The notes beneath the pieces are model-generated. The model was not told the origin of the DNA, made no database searches, and worked only from the letters and a program-made list of their open reading frames with translations. A DNA stretch of 64,000 bases from a virus. The stretch lies in the IMG/VR virus record IMGVR_UViG_3300017698_000019, positions 1 through 64,000 of that record. One strand, given 5' to 3'. This document shows positions 59,244 through 64,000 of this stretch, piece by piece (position 1 is the stretch's first letter; each line of letters begins with the position of its first letter). Position numbers and translations under genes: made by a program.

Positions 59244-59264
59244 GTAATTAGAAAAGGAGCAACG

Positions 59265-60734
59265 ATGGATATTCAAGATTACCCGCACGTGATTGATCCG
59301 TTCGATCATCAGCGAAGCCACCTAGCAGAACATGTCGAAGAAAGATCATGGGGTCTGTTGTGGGAGCAAGGCACAGCCAAAACGAAACCTATTGTAGATA
59401 CAGCCTGCTATCTATATGACGAGGGCAAGATTGATGCCTTGGTAGTTGTCGCTCCTCCAGGAGTAGAGCGCAACTGGAACACAGATGAAATTCCAAAGCA
59501 TATGCCGCCAGACTTCGTGTTCGATACTATGGTCTCTGTGTTTCTCACAACCAAAAAGAACACCAAGGCTCACAAAAGAAACATGAACGCCTTGCTCAAT
59601 TGGGATGGTCTTGCTATACTGCTCATCAGCTATAACGCTTTCATGACCAAAGAGGGAAAGGACTTCATTTGGAAGTTTCTCAAGAAGCGGCGGTGTCTGT
59701 ATGTCCTCGACGAAGCCCATAACATTAAGACGCCCAATGCCAAGCGGACCAAGTCAATTGTCGCGTCTGGCAAGTATGCTCAATACCGCCGTATCCTTAC
59801 CGGAACCCCCGTGGCCGTCGGACCCTTCGACCTCTATAGTCAAGTTCGTTTCCTTGACGAATACTTCTGGAAAAACAAAGGCATCCACGGATCCGTAGAG
59901 TTTCGTCAGTTCTTTGGGCGATGGTTCACCCGTGCTGATTGTCAGAAGCTGCACGGCTACGATCCTGGATACGACAAACTTCTGGAATACCAAAATCTCG
60001 ATATCCTGAGGGAATGGCTTTCCGAAATCACGGATCGCGTACTCAAGGACGATGTTCTTGATCTGCCTCCGAAACTATATTCCAAACGCTACTTCGATAT
60101 GAGCCGCGAGCAGAAGGCCGCATACGAGACGCTCGGTGAAGAACTCATGTTGGAAGTTGGTGACGATATCATCACTGCTGAACTGCCAATCGTGAAGCTG
60201 CTACGCTTTCAGCAGATCGCATGTAACTATGTTCCTGTAGGCGAAGATGAGCCTGTGCATATGTTCTCAGCGAAGAACCCTCGTCTCAACGTAATGGAGT
60301 CCATACGTGATGAAACCTATCACCCCGCCATTGTCTGGGCACGATTTACTCATGATGTCGATCAACTCATGGACCTGTTGGGCAAGGATGCTGTGCGGTA
60401 TGACGGATCCGTTGATGATGATGAAGCTGAGAGAAACAAACTTGCGTTTCAACGAGGTGATGCTCAGTGGTTTGTCGGAACAGCCCAAAAGGGCGGACCA
60501 GGACTGACACTCACCGAAGCGAAGACCATGATCTATTACTCAAATAGTTTCAGACTTGTTGACAGATTGCAATCTGAAGACCGCTGCCACCGAGCAGGGA
60601 TGGATGAGCATCCAGTGAACTATATTGATATCGTTGCGAATGATACTGTGGATGAACACATTGTCAGCAACCTCCGAAACAAGAAGGACATCGCGGTAGA
60701 AATCCAAGGTGATCCCTGGAAGGAATGGATCTGA
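59265..60734 (+). CDS. SNF2-family helicase/ATPase
   Basis: 489 aa. Motif I-like LWEQGTAKT, DEAH-box VLDEAHNIK, LTGTP, and C-terminal helicase motifs (GGPGLTL, QSEDRCHRAG). Confidence 0.85.
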   Translation: MDIQDYPHVIDPFDHQRSHLAEHVEERSWGLLWEQGTAKTKPIVDTACYLYDEGKIDALVVVAPPGVERNWNTDEIPKHMPPDFVFDTMVSVFLTTKKNTKAHKRNMNALLNWDGLAILLISYNAFMTKEGKDFIWKFLKKRRCLYVLDEAHNIKTPNAKRTKSIVASGKYAQYRRILTGTPVAVGPFDLYSQVRFLDEYFWKNKGIHGSVEFRQFFGRWFTRADCQKLHGYDPGYDKLLEYQNLDILREWLSEITDRVLKDDVLDLPPKLYSKRYFDMSREQKAAYETLGEELMLEVGDDIITAELPIVKLLRFQQIACNYVPVGEDEPVHMFSAKNPRLNVMESIRDETYHPAIVWARFTHDVDQLMDLLGKDAVRYDGSVDDDEAERNKLAFQRGDAQWFVGTAQKGGPGLTLTEAKTMIYYSNSFRLVDRLQSEDRCHRAGMDEHPVNYIDIVANDTVDEHIVSNLRNKKDIAVEIQGDPWKEWI

Positions 60735-61072
60735 TGACTGTCTTCGCCATCCAACAACAGATGAAATTTGATGCAGGGAAGCGCGAGTTGGTGCCGCGCT
60801 TTCCATCAATTCATAAAGCAGAGAAGTGGGGACCAATCGTCTATGTCCTCTCCCCTTCTGCTCACCCTTTCAATCCTGAACTCATTCTCGGTGATATTCA
60901 TGAGAAGCTCTCTGGGTTCAATGACGATGATTTCTTGCTGCTCATCGGTAATCCAGGATTGATTGGAATGTCCACTGCTGTCGCCGCTCACTACAACGAT
61001 GGTAAAGTGAAGTTTCTTCAATGGTCTGGTAGACATGGAGAGTATACGGAGATAGTCGCTGAGATATTTTGA
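60734..61072 (+). CDS. hypothetical protein
   Basis: TGATG coupling (alternative ATG 60725). 112 aa. Confidence 0.5.
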   Translation: MTVFAIQQQMKFDAGKRELVPRFPSIHKAEKWGPIVYVLSPSAHPFNPELILGDIHEKLSGFNDDDFLLLIGNPGLIGMSTAVAAHYNDGKVKFLQWSGRHGEYTEIVAEIF

Positions 61073-61074
61073 TG

Positions 61075-61103
61075 TTGTCACTTGCCGCCTGATGGGGTAG
61101 GTT
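61075..61103 (+). promoter_or_regulatory. sigma70-like promoter (weaker -10)
   Basis: TTGTCA-17 nt-TAGGTT. Confidence 0.35.
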
Positions 61104-61132
61104 GAGCAAACAGATAGCCCAAGGACATAACC

Positions 61133-61681
61133 ATGACAGATGATCCGTATGCCGCGTTCAAGGACGAAGCAGTCCCCGGAAATTTAGAAGTCGTACTCAT
61201 GCAGCTTGCCGATGAACTGGTAGCCGCAGATGAGGCCGTAGCCGCTGCCGAACTGGCTCTGGAGAAAGCCAAGGACGAGCGCAAAGATATTGCAGAAGTG
61301 CGTATCCCTGCCGCCACAGAGGGTATGAACGGGAAGCTTCTACTCAAAGATGGTCGCACACTGGAAGTCAAAGAAGATATCCGTTCAAGCATCGCAGGCG
61401 ACAAGCGTGTGCCTGCAATTAAGTGGCTGGATGAGCATGATTACGGCCACATTGTGAAACGCGAATTGGTGTTCAAGTTCGCCAAAGGTGACGACGCCAA
61501 TTACGAGAAGTTCCAGAAGGCAATCAAGAAGATCAAAATGCCGCTGGTCATGACAGAACAATTTAGCGTTCACCACGCTACACTCAACGCATGGGTGAAG
61601 GAACAGCTTGGTGAAGGCGTCGAGTTACCCAAGGAGACATTTGGCATCTTCCGCCAGCGTGTCGCCAAGGTGAAGGAATAG
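61133..61681 (+). CDS. hypothetical protein (coiled-coil N-terminus), recombination-module context
   Basis: 182 aa. AAGGACA RBS. Upstream of the SSB-tipped protein. Confidence 0.55.
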   Translation: MTDDPYAAFKDEAVPGNLEVVLMQLADELVAADEAVAAAELALEKAKDERKDIAEVRIPAATEGMNGKLLLKDGRTLEVKEDIRSSIAGDKRVPAIKWLDEHDYGHIVKRELVFKFAKGDDANYEKFQKAIKKIKMPLVMTEQFSVHHATLNAWVKEQLGEGVELPKETFGIFRQRVAKVKE

Positions 61682-61838
61682 GTGGAGCATGAAGTATGCA
61701 GTCGCGGCAGTTTCTCCAGAATAAACCGCGAAGTATGGAGGAAGTAATCGCCCTCTTACCTATGCTACTGGTCCAGGGACTGCCAGTCTATAAAGTCCCA
61801 TCAACATCGTAACACGATAACTTATGAAGGAATGCCTT

Positions 61839-62705
61839 ATGGCTGGAAAAGCAGTGGCGAAAGCCGACAAGACCGAAGTTGGAAACTACGACTACGGTGA
61901 TCACAAACACGAGGGCTTTGAAGACGTCAAAGTCACAGACCTCTCCATTCCGTTTATCTCTGTGATGCAGAGCAACTCGGTTCTGGTCGAGGACGACGAC
62001 CACCCTGCCAAGTCGGGTGATCTGGTTAACTCTGTGACAGGCGAAATCGTTGAACAGCCACTGATCGTGCAACCGATCCACAAGGACCACCTGTGGGCCG
62101 AATGGGTTCCCCGCTCCAAAGGCGGCGGACGCGGCGACTCCCACGAAGATGGTTCCCCGCTCGTGCTGGAAATTCTCAAAGCGAATGGCGGTTCCCGCAT
62201 TCCTCCTGAGAACGCAGATGGCCAGCGTATGCCGTTCAAAACTCCGGACGGTATGGACCTCATCGAGACACACTATGTCTACTGCCTCATCCTGGACGAG
62301 ACCGGGACCGAGAGCATCGGATACTGTGTGCTTCCATTCTCCAGCACCAAAATCAAGGTGCAGAAAGACTGGTGGACTTCGATGTATACGATCAAGGGCG
62401 CTCCGCCTTTGATGGCTAACCGTGCCAAGGTGTCGACCACCAAGCAGACTGCGAAAGGCAAGACGTTCTACAACTTGTCGATCCGTCCGTTCGGTGATAC
62501 CTGGATTGGCTCGCTCATCAAGCCAGACGAGGCTGGCATGGCGATGCTGACTGCGGCACGTGAATTCCGTGAAATGATCGAAGGTGGATTGGCCAAAGCG
62601 GCTGTTGAAACCGAAGGGAAGGTCTCGGAAACAGGGTCGACGGGCGACTCCTCGGGCGGCGGTGGTTCGGGTGATGGCGACGGCGACGAAGAGATCCCGT
62701 TCTAA
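61839..62705 (+). CDS. putative ssDNA-binding/annealing protein with SSB-type Gly-rich linker and acidic C-terminal tip
   Basis: Ends ...GSTGDSSGGGGSGDGDGDEEIPF (compare the bacterial SSB tip DDDIPF). ATG 61839 has GAAGGAA 7 nt upstream (alternative ATG 61824). Confidence 0.5.
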   Translation: MAGKAVAKADKTEVGNYDYGDHKHEGFEDVKVTDLSIPFISVMQSNSVLVEDDDHPAKSGDLVNSVTGEIVEQPLIVQPIHKDHLWAEWVPRSKGGGRGDSHEDGSPLVLEILKANGGSRIPPENADGQRMPFKTPDGMDLIETHYVYCLILDETGTESIGYCVLPFSSTKIKVQKDWWTSMYTIKGAPPLMANRAKVSTTKQTAKGKTFYNLSIRPFGDTWIGSLIKPDEAGMAMLTAAREFREMIEGGLAKAAVETEGKVSETGSTGDSSGGGGSGDGDGDEEIPF

Positions 62706-62731
62706 GTTGGGCTGACGGAACGGATCTCACT

Positions 62732-62762
62732 GGAGGGGCAGGTCTTGATCGCCTGTCCCTCC
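62732..62762 (+). terminator. hairpin terminator candidate
   Basis: GGAGGGGCAGG-9 nt-CCTGTCCCTCC: 11 bp including 1 G-U pair. Confidence 0.4.
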
Positions 62763-62786
62763 TAACCTATATTTACGGAGGCCCAT

Positions 62787-64000
62787 ATGGATTTCTCAAA
62801 TCAGCAGGATGACGCTTTAAGAAAAGTGAATAAGTGGCTCCAAAGCGGGGACCAGCAGGTGTTCCACTTCTTTGGGTATGCTGGCACAGGCAAGACCACA
62901 CTCGCCAAACACATTGCAGAAGGTATCGGAGGTGAAGTCATATTCGCCGCTTATACTGGTAAGGCCGCACACGTTCTACGCTCCAAGGGTTGCGAAAACG
63001 CTTGCACAATTCACAGTCTCATTTATCATTCGCGTGACAAGAGCCGCGTCAAACTGGTTGAACTCGAGCATGAACTAGAGACGCTTATCAAAGAACTCGA
63101 GCAGGCCAACATGAAGGCCGATTATATCGAGCAGCATCCAAAAGTACGACGGTTGCAAGCCGATATCAAAACAGAGAGCGACAATTCCGAACAACCGTTC
63201 TTTGTCTTAAACACCGACAGCATTATCAAAGATGCCGCCCTCGTTATTATTGACGAGTGTTCCATGGTAGATGGCCAGATGGGTTCAGACCTTTTGTCGT
63301 TCGGAACGCCTGTTCTCGTCTTGGGTGATCCTGCTCAATTACCGCCTGTCGGCGGCGCTGGGTTCTTCACTGAAAACGTAACTCCTGATGTGATGCTCAC
63401 AGACATTCACAGGCAGGCAGGTGAGAGCCCTATCATTCGCATGGCTACCGAGACACGGAACCAGATTGCTCTGACTGTCGGTGATTACGGAGACAATTGT
63501 GTTGTTCACCCAGAAGGAACAAAGCTAGACACCGAAACTATGCTGTCGTTTGATCAGATCTTGGTTGGTAAGAACGTGACGCGGCGTCTCACAAACAGCA
63601 AACTTCGCAAGCTAAAAGGTATTGACGACAAGTACCCTGTGATCGGTGACAGATTAGTTTGCCTTAGAAACAATAGTGAGTTAGGCTTGCTAAACGGGGC
63701 AATCTTCGAGGTCTCCGATGTCACAGGCGTCATGGACCAGAAGGTCTTTATGTCTATGCACCCAGAAGACAGCTTGGCCTCGATTGAGATATCCGCCCAT
63801 GAACATCATTTCCTTGGAACCGAAGAACATCTCGGTTGGTACGAGAAACGTGAGGCGCAAGAATTTGCATATGGATATGGACTGACGTGTCACAAGGCAC
63901 AAGGTTCACAATGGCGCAGCGTATGCGTCTTCGACGAGAGTTATTGCTTCCGCAAAGATAAATGGCGGTGGCTCTATACTGCGATAACCAGAGCGGCTGA
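62787..64000 (+). CDS. RecD/Dda-like SF1 helicase (3'-truncated by window end)
   Basis: Not in the ORF track because there is no stop within the window. My own translation gives FFGYAGTGKTTLAKH (Walker A), VIIDECSMV, LGDPAQLPPVGG, TDIHRQ, and TCHKAQGSQW near the edge. Confidence 0.85.
   Translation, partial: MDFSNQQDDALRKVNKWLQSGDQQVFHFFGYAGTGKTTLAKHIAEGIGGEVIFAAYTGKAAHVLRSKGCENACTIHSLIYHSRDKSRVKLVELEHELETLIKELEQANMKADYIEQHPKVRRLQADIKTESDNSEQPFFVLNTDSIIKDAALVIIDECSMVDGQMGSDLLSFGTPVLVLGDPAQLPPVGGAGFFTENVTPDVMLTDIHRQAGESPIIRMATETRNQIALTVGDYGDNCVVHPEGTKLDTETMLSFDQILVGKNVTRRLTNSKLRKLKGIDDKYPVIGDRLVCLRNNSELGLLNGAIFEVSDVTGVMDQKVFMSMHPEDSLASIEISAHEHHFLGTEEHLGWYEKREAQEFAYGYGLTCHKAQGSQWRSVCVFDESYCFRKDKWRWLYTAITRAA

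Noticed and set aside
1-64000. CRISPR arrays, rRNA genes, transposases/IS elements, and integrase or lysogeny genes.
   Set aside because: I saw none. The repeats found are short, non-CRISPR-like (no regular repeat-spacer periodicity) and lack transposase ORFs.

Overview
This window looks like most of the genome of a tailed dsDNA phage. It appears siphovirus-like: a 1050-aa tape measure, a tail-chaperone -1 frameshift and a lambda/GTA-like tail tip. Almost everything is on the + strand with heavy start/stop overlap. I saw no integrase or repressor, so it is probably virulent, although both window edges cut open genes.

Layout:
- 1-15 kb: nucleotide metabolism, DNA modification and replication. 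Genes include an aGPT-Pplase-like protein, a GT-B glycosyltransferase, a ThyA-family enzyme, an HD nucleotidase, a family A DNA polymerase, MazG, a DEDD exonuclease, dCMP deaminase, a primase-helicase and a DNA ligase.
- 15-27 kb: an array of small early genes. Each is driven by a reiterated promoter plus AGGAGGCTACC-ATG leader cassette. The array includes a circularly permuted tRNA-like RNA module at 16.13-16.23 kb.
- 27.3-28.1 kb: an antisense gene pair.
- 28.5-58.9 kb: TerS, a 4.2-kb accessory island, TerL, portal, scaffold, major capsid, connectors, tail and lysis cassette.
- 59.3-64 kb: a second DNA-transaction module with an SNF2 helicase, an SSB-tipped protein and a RecD/Dda-like helicase that runs off the window.

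Most notable non-genic signals:
- the permuted tRNA mimic;
- a GC-rich repeat family with an invariant 15-17 nt core, found both between genes and in-frame inside genes;
- a (A/T)4TCGCCGACA repeat family concentrated just after terS;
- two homologous long non-coding regions that share GTTTAGCTGGCTGG.

All calls come from reading the sequence and the ORF track. Family names are recalled motif matches, not database hits.
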